DNA of 53,770 nt from a virus (taxonomy: Duplodnaviria > Caudoviricetes), in IMG/VR virus record IMGVR_UViG_3300031227_000061, positions 1-53,770 of that record; one strand, 5' to 3'. The translations under genes were made by a program, and so were the position numbers. The notes beneath the pieces are model-generated. The model was not told where the DNA came from and did no database searches. It was given only the letters and a program-made list of their open reading frames with translations. This document shows, in pieces, positions 27,291 through 36,512 of this stretch (positions are counted from its first letter, which is position 1; each line of letters starts with the position of its first letter).

Positions 27291-27969
27291 GTGTCCCTTC
27301 GCCCTTCACCGACATTGGCCGGAACCAGGTGGCCCGGTCTGTCTGTCGCTTCACGATGGCCCACGGCGCACTCCGCAACGTCGCCATCGGCCGCCAAGTG
27401 TAGTAATCCAGATTTGCGGTTTCCCGCGCATTGGTCACGCGCTTCATGCGTCCGTAGACGCGGGCATACCCGACCTTCACCCATCCACCCCGATCAGTCA
27501 CATAGCGCAGGCCGTACGGCGTCCAGATAAGCGTGCCGAACGGTATTTCGGGGTTGGACGCGCAGCCGCCGAGGTGCACCCGTGATCCGCTTGCGGTCTG
27601 TGTGCCGCCGGCAAGCCACGCGGGTTCCCACTTGTGCCCGTAGCTTGTGACTTTCGCCACGCCACAGCAGGTGACGCCGGTTGCCAGCCCCCAGGCGTAA
27701 GCCGCCTGCCGCCAGGGCCGAAGCGTCCCGAAGTCGCCGCGTAGTGCTTTGGTGGCACACCGCCGGAAGGGGTCAAGCGGCAGGGGCATATCCGCCCCAG
27801 AGCCATCCGTGACGTGCGCCGGGGCCTCCGGCGGGGCAACGTCACCCCGGACGGCGTCAACGGCCACGACGGGAGCAGGTGCGGCCATGGGGCCAGTTGT
27901 CTGTGCCGCTGTTGCCGTCGGCATGAAGAGCGCCACGGCCACGGCTACTGCCAGTCGAGTGCTTCCCAT
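27286..27969 (-). CDS. Secreted 3D-domain (MltA-like) cell-wall protein
   Basis: Signal peptide (RLAVAVAVALFMPTATAA); VTSY...TASG......ASNPEIPFGT.......VTDRGG. Confidence 0.75.
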   Translation of the reverse strand: MGSTRLAVAVAVALFMPTATAAQTTGPMAAPAPVVAVDAVRGDVAPPEAPAHVTDGSGADMPLPLDPFRRCATKALRGDFGTLRPWRQAAYAWGLATGVTCCGVAKVTSYGHKWEPAWLAGGTQTASGSRVHLGGCASNPEIPFGTLIWTPYGLRYVTDRGGWVKVGYARVYGRMKRVTNARETANLDYYTWRPMATLRSAPWAIVKRQTDRATWFRPMSVKGEGTP

Positions 27970-28001
27970 ATCCACCTCAGTGCGCGTCTCCAGACACGAC
28001 G

Positions 28002-28030
28002 AAACCGCCGCCCAAGCGAGGGGCGACGGT
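28002..28030 (-). terminator. Hairpin upstream of 3D-domain gene
   Basis: ACCGTCGCCC-loop-GGGCGGCGGT-TT; short T tract. Confidence 0.45.
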
Positions 28031-28074
28031 CACGGGGTAAGGCCGGTTTGCGACGGCGGGCGATCATGGAGGCA

Positions 28075-28365
28075 TCATGTGCCGATGGTCAAGCGGATAT
28101 CTCTCAGTGTGTCCTTTGTGACTTGCACCGTGCGCATGATGTAGACCAGGCGAGGAACAATGCCGGCTGGCGCGACCTCCACCGAGCGATCCGTCTCATC
28201 GTCGATGAACGAACGCCTGACGGCGTCGGCGTGTTCTGCCGACATGTCCACCTGCGCGCCGATCATATCGATCAGGCCGAAGACTGTCTCGTCAATCATG
28301 TCCACGTCGGCGTCTTCAACGGCATTCAGTTCAGCAACATCTACTGCAGCTTTCGCTTTCGCCAT
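28075..28365 (-). CDS. Hypothetical acidic protein
   Basis: ORF with GGAG SD. Confidence 0.6.
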   Translation of the reverse strand: MAKAKAAVDVAELNAVEDADVDMIDETVFGLIDMIGAQVDMSAEHADAVRRSFIDDETDRSVEVAPAGIVPRLVYIMRTVQVTKDTLRDIRLTIGT

Positions 28366-28404
28366 GTCTTTCACTCTCCAGTGGTTTGGGTGGTGGTGGG
28401 ACGG

Positions 28405-28815
28405 CTACGGCCGTTCGCCCTCGTCCTGCGTGGTACCCAGGCGGGGCGGGGACTTGTGAATGCAGGTGCCGTCGGCAGTGAAGACAGAGAAGCCGGGCGG
28501 GATGTTGTGTAGGCAACGCATCGCAGATGGTGCTTCCGACGGCTTCAGGCCGTTCTCGATGGTAACGATGGGCCTGTGTGCGGCGTAGTCGAGACTGTTC
28601 CATAGGCCACAGGCGGCAGATGGTGCATTCGGGGGCATCGGCGGCTCGTCCGGTACAGCTTTGATGGAGTACCGATAGGTCACTCGCGGCGGACACTCGG
28701 GCTTCGGGCCGAAGAGCTCCTCGAAGGGCGGCTTGCGCAGCACCTCGGCAGCCACAATCCCGATAGCGATTCCCGTTGCGACGCACAGGAGGCCGAAGAG
28801 GACTTGGGCGAACAT
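28405..28815 (-). CDS. Hypothetical membrane-anchored protein
   Basis: N-terminal hydrophobic helix; coupled to the upstream gene. Confidence 0.6.
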   Translation of the reverse strand: MFAQVLFGLLCVATGIAIGIVAAEVLRKPPFEELFGPKPECPPRVTYRYSIKAVPDEPPMPPNAPSAACGLWNSLDYAAHRPIVTIENGLKPSEAPSAMRCLHNIPPGFSVFTADGTCIHKSPPRLGTTQDEGERP

Positions 28816-29156
28816 TAGGAGGTAGCCCCCTCAACCGTCGCAAACCCACACAATGCCATGCCCTGCTCCGGGCTGCTCAAACGCACGCCGCCGGGTCCGC
28901 CGTTGTTCAACTGCTCCACCACATCTTCCGGCAGCAGCGCCTCATCGACGTTGACCGTGATGAGCACGCCATCGACTTCGGCCCCCCTGAACTCGTGCCA
29001 GACGGGCTCGCAGGGCTCGCAGGGCTCAACCGCTACGATAGTCCCGATGGTGCCCGGCTGCTCGCCGTTGCGCTTGAACGTCACCGGGAGGCCGAGGAGG
29101 CCTTCGGCGGGCTGCGCCGGGTTGGGGATGAATGGCACCTTGCCCTGGATTCTCAC
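28815..29156 (-). CDS. Hypothetical protein, paralog family A
   Basis: GTGA-coupled start; similar to 30266-30580. Confidence 0.6.
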   Translation of the reverse strand: MRIQGKVPFIPNPAQPAEGLLGLPVTFKRNGEQPGTIGTIVAVEPCEPCEPVWHEFRGAEVDGVLITVNVDEALLPEDVVEQLNNGGPGGVRLSSPEQGMALCGFATVEGATS

Positions 29157-29554
29157 GAGGACACCCCCAAGGCATCCAACACAGCAGCCGCGCGCTGTGC
29201 CGTCGACGCCCGCCCCGCTATCTGCTCCTCGATGGCACACACCAATGCCGTCGCGCCGATAGGCATCATGGCTTGCGGGGAGACGTGCATGAGCGTCCTC
29301 GTCGAGACAGTGACGGTGGCCCCGAGGCCCGGCGCGTAGCACACGACCACGGGAACAAACATCAGGGACGTGCGCAATACCATCACCGGGGGCGCTTCGG
29401 TGTCGTCCGTCCATTGAAGCTCGCCGGACGCCGTCTTATTGGTGAGCCGCCCGAGTATGTCGGCGCGGCAGTCTGGCGGCACCCATCCGGCGCGGGTCTT
29501 TGCCGCCCAGTCGGCTATTCGTGCCGCGGCGTCGGGATACTCGGCTTCAGTCAT
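29153..29554 (-). CDS. Hypothetical protein, paralog family B
   Basis: IL..L..KT..G.L.W and C-terminal ALGV. Confidence 0.65.
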   Translation of the reverse strand: MTEAEYPDAAARIADWAAKTRAGWVPPDCRADILGRLTNKTASGELQWTDDTEAPPVMVLRTSLMFVPVVVCYAPGLGATVTVSTRTLMHVSPQAMMPIGATALVCAIEEQIAGRASTAQRAAAVLDALGVSS

Positions 29555-29892
29555 TCCGTCACCCCCAGGGCGGCTTCGACTTCAGCCATTGCGGCCATAC
29601 GCGTGTCCACACTGCCGGGCCTGTCGGATGTCACAAGGCCCCACAACTGCACGAGGAGCCCGCTCAGGACGTGCGGTAAGTGGTTATCCTGCGTGTAATC
29701 AACCAAATGCAGGACATACACATCGTCGTCTTCGATATGGTAGCAGCCAATGGCGACCATGGCGTCGCAGGGCACTATGGCTTCGTACGACCGAGCAGTG
29801 TTCGTGTTTATGTGCGGGCCTGTCCACCGCACATCCCCCGTCACAGTCTTCTCGATCAACGCCAGCACAATCCGCTCTTCTCGCGAGGTCAC
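29551..29892 (-). CDS. Hypothetical protein, paralog family B
   Basis: REERIVLALIEKT..G.V.W...ALGV; GTGA-coupled start. Confidence 0.65.
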   Translation of the reverse strand: MTSREERIVLALIEKTVTGDVRWTGPHINTNTARSYEAIVPCDAMVAIGCYHIEDDDVYVLHLVDYTQDNHLPHVLSGLLVQLWGLVTSDRPGSVDTRMAAMAEVEAALGVTE

Positions 29893-30269
29893 GCCACCAC
29901 CCCCAGGGCCTGCTCCATGTTGTCGAGCGCCGTGGCCCGCCTTCCTTCTGCGTTGCGGCTGATGTTGCAGGCGACGGCGCGCAACAGGTCGCACATGATG
30001 GCCTCGGGACCGGTGCTGACTACGGCCTCGTCTCCGTTGATTGCCAGCATCGCCCCGCTCCCGCTGTATTCCACGCCAAGCCAGATGTTGGCGACGTCGC
30101 AGTTCGGGTCTCTATTGGTGGGCTCCGCAACCGGTGGCGGCGTGGCGCCGACGCCAACGACACGGAACGCCTTTTCGTACCCCGGCGGGGCCTTCGACCA
30201 GGCCCAGATGATTGCGTTCGCTTCCGTCTTCTCGACGAGGGCTTGAATGATCCGTTCTTCGCGTGTCAT
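29889..30269 (-). CDS. Hypothetical protein, paralog family B
   Basis: REERIIQALVEKT....I.W...ALGV. Confidence 0.65.
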   Translation of the reverse strand: MTREERIIQALVEKTEANAIIWAWSKAPPGYEKAFRVVGVGATPPPVAEPTNRDPNCDVANIWLGVEYSGSGAMLAINGDEAVVSTGPEAIMCDLLRAVACNISRNAEGRRATALDNMEQALGVVA

Positions 30270-30580
30270 TCCGGCCGCCCCCAGTCGATGCTCAGGGCGT
30301 CGATGCTCAGGGCGTCGAGCGCGGTGGCGGTGATCTCCAGGGACTTGATAGGCCCACTCGGCGTCCCAGCGGCGTGGAGCTTTCCGGCCACATCTGCCGG
30401 CAGGGCGCCAGGCTGTAACGTGGCATTGACCACCCAGTGCTCTCCGGCGCGCCGCACCGACGTGATCTCGCCGATGACCTGACCGGGGAGGTCGGGCTCC
30501 TCCGCGCGGAGCGTCAACGGCATTCCGAGCATGGACGACATATCGAAGCCTTCGTCTGGGATGTTGCCTTCAATCTCCAT
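30266..30580 (-). CDS. Hypothetical protein, paralog family A
   Basis: I.G..P...LG.P.T......IG.I..V...LP.DV...L. Confidence 0.6.
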   Translation of the reverse strand: MEIEGNIPDEGFDMSSMLGMPLTLRAEEPDLPGQVIGEITSVRRAGEHWVVNATLQPGALPADVAGKLHAAGTPSGPIKSLEITATALDALSIDALSIDWGRPE

Positions 30581-30617
30581 TCCATCACGTCCCCCTTCCG
30601 TCTGCTTGCTTTCCCCC

Positions 30618-30653
30618 ACTGTAGCAGGGCGGAGAGGGCGCTGCTACCGACCT
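30618..30653 (-). promoter_or_regulatory. Putative phage-specific promoter 3: AGGTCGGTAGC-N19-TACAGT
   Basis: 13-bp identity with copy 1, same spacing, TGn-extended -10. Confidence 0.7.
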
Positions 30654-30787
30654 ACGGCGGTCGCGTTGCATCCAGTGACACTATATGCCATCTGGGTTGC
30701 GGTTGGTATCACCCGCCGCCGCCGACCGAGGCGAACGGGGCAGGTGGACCTGCTCAGGTTGGGGAGACCGGACATGCTGATGTTCGT

Positions 30788-31843
30788 TCACAGGGCATCA
30801 CCTCCGCGCCAAACAGGTATCGGCTTTCCGCTTCTCCCGACATGCTCATGCCCCCATTCGTCGGCCAGCCGGGACAGCGCCGCTCGGTCCTCCGCACGGC
30901 CCGTCCGGGTGTCCATGGTCTTGTCTTTCGGTGCCAGCGACACAAACTCGCCCTGCTCGGTGCGGCCCGGCTTCTGTGCCGTCTTCGGCGCCCGCGCCTC
31001 TTTCAGTTCGCAGTGGCAGCCGGTGCAACAGGCCAGCTTGCCACTCTGCGGCGTCACGGCCATGCGCACGAGTTCCTGCACGCGGTAGACACCAGTGCCC
31101 CAGCGCCCGCCCTGTGTGGCTTTCCCGCGCTCTGCGGCCGCCAGGAGATCGTCTTCCCGCGCCGTGGTGTCGCCGCGCTCTTTGCCCTTCGCCCGGATGC
31201 CCGCCGTGTACGTGTGCATCTTGCCGGCCATGTAGGCGCAGTCGATGCAGTGCTCTGCGTCCGTCATAATCCAGCGCACGTACCTGTCGTGGCTCAGGTC
31301 CGCGTATAAGAACCCCAGCCACTTCATTTCCTCGAGGGCGTTGCCGTACAAGTCAATGCGCCGCTCAATCGGCATCGTGTACTCGCCCGTCTCGATGTCG
31401 ATGACCATATTCAGGGCGTACTGCGCTTCATTGTTCGCAAGCCGCCGCACCATTTCGCGCTCATTCTTCTGCAGCGGCTTGTCGGAGCCCGCCATGCGCT
31501 TGCCCTGGATGAACATATCCCGATAGTACCGATTGAGCGTGGTCCGTATCTGCCACTGCGTGCGGTCACGTTGCCGCTTGTGGATCATGACCGCTTCGTT
31601 CAGCGCATCGCCCTCGGGCATCAACCGCACGAGTTCGAGCATCCGGCAGTGATCGACGAACGCCTCCACGGTATCGCGGAACTCCGCCCGGAACCCGGCC
31701 TGGAGGTTGCCTGCTTCGGCCTGCGCCTTGTCGCGCTCCACCACCGGCAGCTTATTGCCCATCGCTTTCCACAGCGCACTCCACGCATCGGCCTCGCTCA
31801 CGCCGTCGGGAATCGAGAACCGCACCCGCTCAATCGACGACAA
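30788..31843 (-). CDS. Head morphogenesis protein (Mu gpF-like)
   Basis: Follows portal; VRW....EHCIDC and PQSG...CC.GCHC.L motifs; TTG start after GAGGT. Confidence 0.75.
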   Translation of the reverse strand: MSSIERVRFSIPDGVSEADAWSALWKAMGNKLPVVERDKAQAEAGNLQAGFRAEFRDTVEAFVDHCRMLELVRLMPEGDALNEAVMIHKRQRDRTQWQIRTTLNRYYRDMFIQGKRMAGSDKPLQKNEREMVRRLANNEAQYALNMVIDIETGEYTMPIERRIDLYGNALEEMKWLGFLYADLSHDRYVRWIMTDAEHCIDCAYMAGKMHTYTAGIRAKGKERGDTTAREDDLLAAAERGKATQGGRWGTGVYRVQELVRMAVTPQSGKLACCTGCHCELKEARAPKTAQKPGRTEQGEFVSLAPKDKTMDTRTGRAEDRAALSRLADEWGHEHVGRSGKPIPVWRGGDAL

Positions 31844-33692
31844 AGCGCACCTCAATCTCCTTGCCTGCGGCGTTGACGCTCTTCCGTGCGGGCTCTTCGC
31901 CACCGGCACCAGGCAGCGGCAACTGCATCATGCCATCTGGTGGCGTGGGGGCCGCTTGACTCCCGTTGTCCGCGTCGGCCTGCCCCAAGCCCGGCGGCGG
32001 TGTCTCGGCCCCCATCTCACCGCCCATAGCGTCCATACCCGGCATCATTCCGCCCATATCGCCGCCGTTGGCCTCCATCAATTCGTTCGACCACATCTGC
32101 TGCATCGCCGGCGACAACGGCAACTGCGACGCCAGCGAGAACGTGCCGTCAACCCGCGCGTACGCCTCTTCCGTGTAGGCGTAGAGCTGATCGGGATCAC
32201 TGAGTATCTTCGGGTCGCGCTTGATGACCGCCGCCTGCACTTTGCCCCACAGCTCCAGGTCCAGCGGGTAGCGCCGCATCGGCAGATCATCCCACAGCCG
32301 CTCTTCCTCAAGCGTTGTGAAGCCGGACTGCAGCCGGCCGGTGCGCTGCTCCTGCTCCTGCTCGGTGTTGCCGCGCCCCAGTCCCTGCCATTCGAGCTTC
32401 CACTTGCCGCCGTCAAACAGGACCACGATGGAGTTCAGGTACGCCCCCAACTCCACCATCAGGGGGACGAAGCCGGTGTCCTCGCCGTGGATGATACGCG
32501 TCTCGGGGTTGGCTTCCTGCAGTGCGCCCTGCCGGGCGCTGAAGTTGGGGAAGTTGACCTCTTCGGGGTTGGCGCCGTAGATGGCGCAGATGGAGGCAAA
32601 CGTCATGATGATAAAGCGTTCCCACACCATGTCGCCGGGGCGCTCACCCAGCGGCACCCACTGCACCGTCGGCTGGCCATCGTCCTGCCGCTCAATGACG
32701 GGTATCTCCGACCATTGCCCCATGGGTCCGCCGATGTTGGTCTCCAGCGTGGTCAGGAAATCTTCGAGCTTGTCCTCGTCAACCGGCGGTATCTCGAGGA
32801 TGCCCTGCGGCAGCTTGTTCTCGCTGAACTGGCCTTTGTTGTAATTGAACGCCATCGCGAGGCCGGCCAGAAGGTCCACGCAATGCTCTAACGGGCTCCT
32901 GCCGTAGCCAGTGGGCCGCCCGCGCTCGACAAGCGGTTCCCGCACCCAGTGCCGGAACTCGTTATGCGCGAGCTCATACTCCGCCTGTTCCTCTTCGTTC
33001 AGGATCACGTACTCGACATACTTCACATCGTCGCGGAAGTCGGGGCTGTACTCTGAGAAGTCGGTGAGCCGGATACTGGCGCCGGGGGCCGGCCGCATAT
33101 GCGCCACCGGGTACCGCTTCGCGTCGCGGCCTGCCTCGATGATGCTGCCGGCGTTGCCGACGGTGAGAATGTCAGTCACGAGCACGGACGTGTGCTGCAT
33201 CAACGACAGCGCCGGTGTGAAGCCGTCGGAGGACCAGAAACCAATCTTCCCGTCAACCGGCCGGGGCCAGGCGAAGCCGCCTTTGAGAATGAAGTCGATG
33301 ACTTCCTGCCGGCGCTCTTCATCGTCCGGCTCAAGTATGTCGTTTTCGTCTGCTGGCACGATATTGAAGCCCACGTCGCCGCGGCTCTTCGGTATCTTGC
33401 AGAACGCCATGGTCTGCGTGACGCGATGTCGTACAATCATCTGGATAAACGGATGCGCCGCCATTGACCGCAGGAGGCGGTCATTGGTCTGCATAATTTG
33501 GGGTTGGCGCATACCGCGGTAGAGGTGGCGGAACAGACGTGTGGAAATGGGGTTGCGGGGCACGAGGCGCGGGATCATGCCCTCGTCGGCACGGTCCTGC
33601 TTATCCAGTTCGCGGACGTCCTCGGCGTTGATGGACCTGTCTCGCGCCTTTTGGACGGCTATAGCATGGAGTGCGTGTCGGTCAGGTCTCAT
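31830..33692 (-). CDS. Portal protein
   Basis: GYGRSPLE, F.....PQGIL, IPVI, DM.W..F......IC..YG..PEE; follows TerL. Confidence 0.92.
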   Translation of the reverse strand: MRPDRHALHAIAVQKARDRSINAEDVRELDKQDRADEGMIPRLVPRNPISTRLFRHLYRGMRQPQIMQTNDRLLRSMAAHPFIQMIVRHRVTQTMAFCKIPKSRGDVGFNIVPADENDILEPDDEERRQEVIDFILKGGFAWPRPVDGKIGFWSSDGFTPALSLMQHTSVLVTDILTVGNAGSIIEAGRDAKRYPVAHMRPAPGASIRLTDFSEYSPDFRDDVKYVEYVILNEEEQAEYELAHNEFRHWVREPLVERGRPTGYGRSPLEHCVDLLAGLAMAFNYNKGQFSENKLPQGILEIPPVDEDKLEDFLTTLETNIGGPMGQWSEIPVIERQDDGQPTVQWVPLGERPGDMVWERFIIMTFASICAIYGANPEEVNFPNFSARQGALQEANPETRIIHGEDTGFVPLMVELGAYLNSIVVLFDGGKWKLEWQGLGRGNTEQEQEQRTGRLQSGFTTLEEERLWDDLPMRRYPLDLELWGKVQAAVIKRDPKILSDPDQLYAYTEEAYARVDGTFSLASQLPLSPAMQQMWSNELMEANGGDMGGMMPGMDAMGGEMGAETPPPGLGQADADNGSQAAPTPPDGMMQLPLPGAGGEEPARKSVNAAGKEIEVRFVVD

Positions 33693-35545
33693 TGTTTCCC
33701 CTGCGTCAAGCGCATCGCCGCTTTGCGGCCCTCGCGCTGCAGCTTGCGGAGTTCCGCCGGCGTGATTTCGCGTCCGCGTGTATCGGTGACCGGCTTCTCT
33801 GTCGGCGCATCGGCGTCGGGCTCAGTCTGCCCGGGCCGCGCCAGCGTCTGGGGCTTCGTCGGCTTGCCAATGGCATCCGCGGCGTCGCCGCCGGAGCGTT
33901 GCTGGGAGATGTAGCGAATATTGACCTGCCGGCCGCCGCCGATGTCGGAGGCAACCAGGTAATAGGCGTGTGCGTGGCGCAGGTGGTCGGGGGCCGTCTC
34001 GATCCACACTGCACGTTGATTGCCGTCGGCGGCTTGCTCCATGGTTCTCTTCGGGGCGCACAGCATACCGATGAGCGCCTCGCGTTCGGCGGTCGGGAGG
34101 GCCGGGAACACGTCGCCGCCGTCGGGTCCCATGATGATCTGCTCCGCCGACCAGTCGAGGGCGCCGGTGCGGTAGATGCGCACGCGGATGGGTTCCTCGT
34201 CGGGGATGGTGAAGAACTTCTCGCCGGCGGTGCGAAGGCTATAGTCGGCGAACTTGACGCGCCGCGGGAACTCCGCCGCAAGGTGCTGAAGTGGCCGTGC
34301 GTTCGGGGCAACGTCAGCCACGAGGAGCCGTATCTTCAGCGTCCGCATGATCTGCGCGACCTGAGCCCAGTCGTCGAGGCGGAACACGCCGACAATGTGG
34401 CCTTGCCCGTCGCCGACGATCATGTCGAGCTTCTTGCCCTGATCGAGCCCCGCGTACAGCCACTTGTCGCTATGCAGCGTGTTGGGCCAGTCGCCGAAGG
34501 CGATGACGTCGGGCGTTATCTCCTGCTCGCCGGAGACCTCGGGGAGGCCGATGTGGCCCTGTACGAAGAGTTCTACGGCGGTGGCCTTCGCGTGCTCTTT
34601 GGCAAGCCGTGTGGCGTCTGCAACGGCCATCATGATCGCGGATATGTGATAGCCCGCAACGTCGCTCTCGGGGGCCATGGCAACCCACTGCCCGAGCCTG
34701 ACGGCGTCTTGATCGACGGGCGCCTGGCACGAGATGCAGCGGAACGCCGGTTCGTCGCTCTCTACGTCGAGCCCGACTGTCCAGGAGACGGACCTGTCAG
34801 CCGGCGCGAATATCTGCTCATAGCCGCACTCGGCACAGCGCCACACCCACTCCTGCTGATCGGTGCGGTCCCAATGCGCCGAAATGCCGAAGCCCGGCAC
34901 CGTCGGCGTGGAGAAGAGGTAGGTCCGGGGGTCGTCGGAAGCGCGAAGGCGGTCTGAGTACATCTGGACCGTATCCGGCTTGCTTTTGTCAACTTCGTCG
35001 TGTGCGAGTATGTCGGCGGGGACGGAGGTCGCCCCGAGTTTCTTCCAAGTGCCGCGGAAGTAGATCATCGAGCCGTTCTTGAACGTCTTCAGGCCGGTAT
35101 TGTCCGTGTCGCCGATGCCTTCGCGCAGGTACTCCGACGCCTCGATGGCTGGGTCTGCCCGTGCCGCCGCGAACTGCGTCACGTCTTCCTTCGTCGGGAA
35201 TGTGTAGATGCAGGTCCGCGCCCTGCCGGCATTCGGCCCCGGCTTCTCGCACAACCTCCAGAATATCTTCGCGAGGTATGTGACCGTCATCCGGCTTTGT
35301 GCGCACTTCATGACGACGTGCTCGGGCCGGTCGTCGTCGAGGATCTGATCCAGGTACGGGGCATCGGAGAACGTCAGCCGGTCGCCGCGCTCGGTGCGCA
35401 TATGCGACCACGCCCAGTGCAGCGCGCTATGCTTCGCCCTCTCCGCCGCCCCCTGCTCCACCGCCACCAGGCTCTGCCCCGTTGGGTGTGCCGTCGTCGA
35501 GCAGGAGCAGCCGAGTGCCTTCTTGGAGACGGAGGAGTTCTTCAT
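33689..35545 (-). CDS. terL: Terminase large subunit (GpA type)
   Basis: PYL..I, VMKCAQSRMT, YTFPT, DEVD, FSTPT, CAEC/CISC, GLDQG, DH.RHA; exact start uncertain. Confidence 0.93.
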   Translation of the reverse strand: MKNSSVSKKALGCSCSTTAHPTGQSLVAVEQGAAERAKHSALHWAWSHMRTERGDRLTFSDAPYLDQILDDDRPEHVVMKCAQSRMTVTYLAKIFWRLCEKPGPNAGRARTCIYTFPTKEDVTQFAAARADPAIEASEYLREGIGDTDNTGLKTFKNGSMIYFRGTWKKLGATSVPADILAHDEVDKSKPDTVQMYSDRLRASDDPRTYLFSTPTVPGFGISAHWDRTDQQEWVWRCAECGYEQIFAPADRSVSWTVGLDVESDEPAFRCISCQAPVDQDAVRLGQWVAMAPESDVAGYHISAIMMAVADATRLAKEHAKATAVELFVQGHIGLPEVSGEQEITPDVIAFGDWPNTLHSDKWLYAGLDQGKKLDMIVGDGQGHIVGVFRLDDWAQVAQIMRTLKIRLLVADVAPNARPLQHLAAEFPRRVKFADYSLRTAGEKFFTIPDEEPIRVRIYRTGALDWSAEQIIMGPDGGDVFPALPTAEREALIGMLCAPKRTMEQAADGNQRAVWIETAPDHLRHAHAYYLVASDIGGGRQVNIRYISQQRSGGDAADAIGKPTKPQTLARPGQTEPDADAPTEKPVTDTRGREITPAELRKLQREGRKAAMRLTQGKQ

Positions 35546-35966
35546 GGGTGAGTTCTGACTTCAGGCGAACCGTGCTGTCACTGATGGTGTCGGGATTGCC
35601 ACTCAGAACTTCGAGCAGCTTCAGTGCTTCGAGCAGGGCTCGGATAGCAGCGTCTTTGCTGTTGAACGGGAGGGCGGGGTCGTCGAGCGCTTCGAGAGCC
35701 ACGTTCGCGGCCTTCGTCGCCGCCGCTTGAGCATCAAAAGCTACTTGGGCGGCCTGCTCGGACAGTTTTTCCTGCGTTTTTAGTAGTGCTTTGGTGGCGG
35801 TTTGGTCGTGGTGCATCTTTCGTCTTGCGACCCACTCACCGTCTCGCCCGTGCTGCTTGACCGTGCCTTCGTGTACTCCGTGCTTGGCCGATAGCGCCTT
35901 GTAGCTAATTCCGTCTGCCGACTCCACGTACTCTCGCTCTATCGCACTCCAATTCGCTTTCGCCAT
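35427..35966 (-). CDS. terS: Terminase small subunit
   Basis: NWSAIEREYV...SYKALSAKHGV..GTV......EW HTH pattern; upstream of TerL. Confidence 0.85.
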   Translation of the reverse strand: MAKANWSAIEREYVESADGISYKALSAKHGVHEGTVKQHGRDGEWVARRKMHHDQTATKALLKTQEKLSEQAAQVAFDAQAAATKAANVALEALDDPALPFNSKDAAIRALLEALKLLEVLSGNPDTISDSTVRLKSELTHEELLRLQEGTRLLLLDDGTPNGAEPGGGGAGGGGEGEA

Positions 35967-35979
35967 AATCCACAACCGC

Positions 35980-36010
35980 AAAAAGACGGCGCCTGTGAAG
36001 GCACCGCCTT
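35980..36010 (-). terminator. Terminator-like hairpin upstream of terS
   Basis: AAGGCGGTGCCT-TCAC-AGGCGCCGTCTTTTT. Confidence 0.7.
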
Positions 36011-36087
36011 GGGATAGTTGCTCTTTCCTGCGTGCGTGCGCGTAGAGGACTGTACTACTAGGCCTTCTTACCCGAACACCCTACGGC

Positions 36088-36249
36088 TCATCGCCGCTTC
36101 AGCGCCCCTGCCTGCTGGAATAACGGGGACTTGCCGCAATGCCGCTTTGCCATTGCGTCACGGAACATCTGCAGCGATTCGGGGGAAACCACCCGCCGGG
36201 CCAGCTTCGCCCTCTGCTCTGGCGTCATGGCAAGCCTGATCTGCGTCAT
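36088..36249 (-). CDS. Small hypothetical protein (53 aa, not in ORF track)
   Basis: ATGA overlap with the upstream stop; MTQIRLAMTPEQRAKLARR... Confidence 0.45.
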   Translation of the reverse strand: MTQIRLAMTPEQRAKLARRVVSPESLQMFRDAMAKRHCGKSPLFQQAGALKRR

Positions 36250-36512
36250 GGCTTCTCCCACAACTGCCCTTCGGACCCCTCTACGGACATGATCCCAAAG
36301 ACGTACTCCTCGTAGTCACCTGCTACAAGCCGGGGCACGCGAAGGAATTTCGTCGGCACGGCCTTCATACCCAACACCTCGCCCACGCCGTCCCATCCCG
36401 GCAGCATCGGAACGTCAATGCGTTCGGCGCCTTCGGGCCGTCCGGCGCGGAACAGGGCCTGCGCGTTCTTCAGCACCGGCAGCGCCGCTTTGAGCAGTTC
36501 CTTCTGCGTCAC
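36246..36512 (-). CDS. Hypothetical protein
   Basis: Coupled ORF. Confidence 0.6.
   Translation of the reverse strand: MTQKELLKAALPVLKNAQALFRAGRPEGAERIDVPMLPGWDGVGEVLGMKAVPTKFLRVPRLVAGDYEEYVFGIMSVEGSEGQLWEKP

Noticed and set aside
30283-30317. 15-bp tandem repeat GTCGATGCTCAGGGC, and a 9-bp repeat near 29004-29027
   Set aside because: In-frame micro-duplications (DALSI, PCE) with no sign of DNA-level function
36038-36087. Possible fourth copy of the promoter motif upstream of terS (CCGTAGG...TACAGT)
   Set aside because: A -10-like TACAGT is present, but only the first few bases of the motif match and the spacing differs by 2 nt
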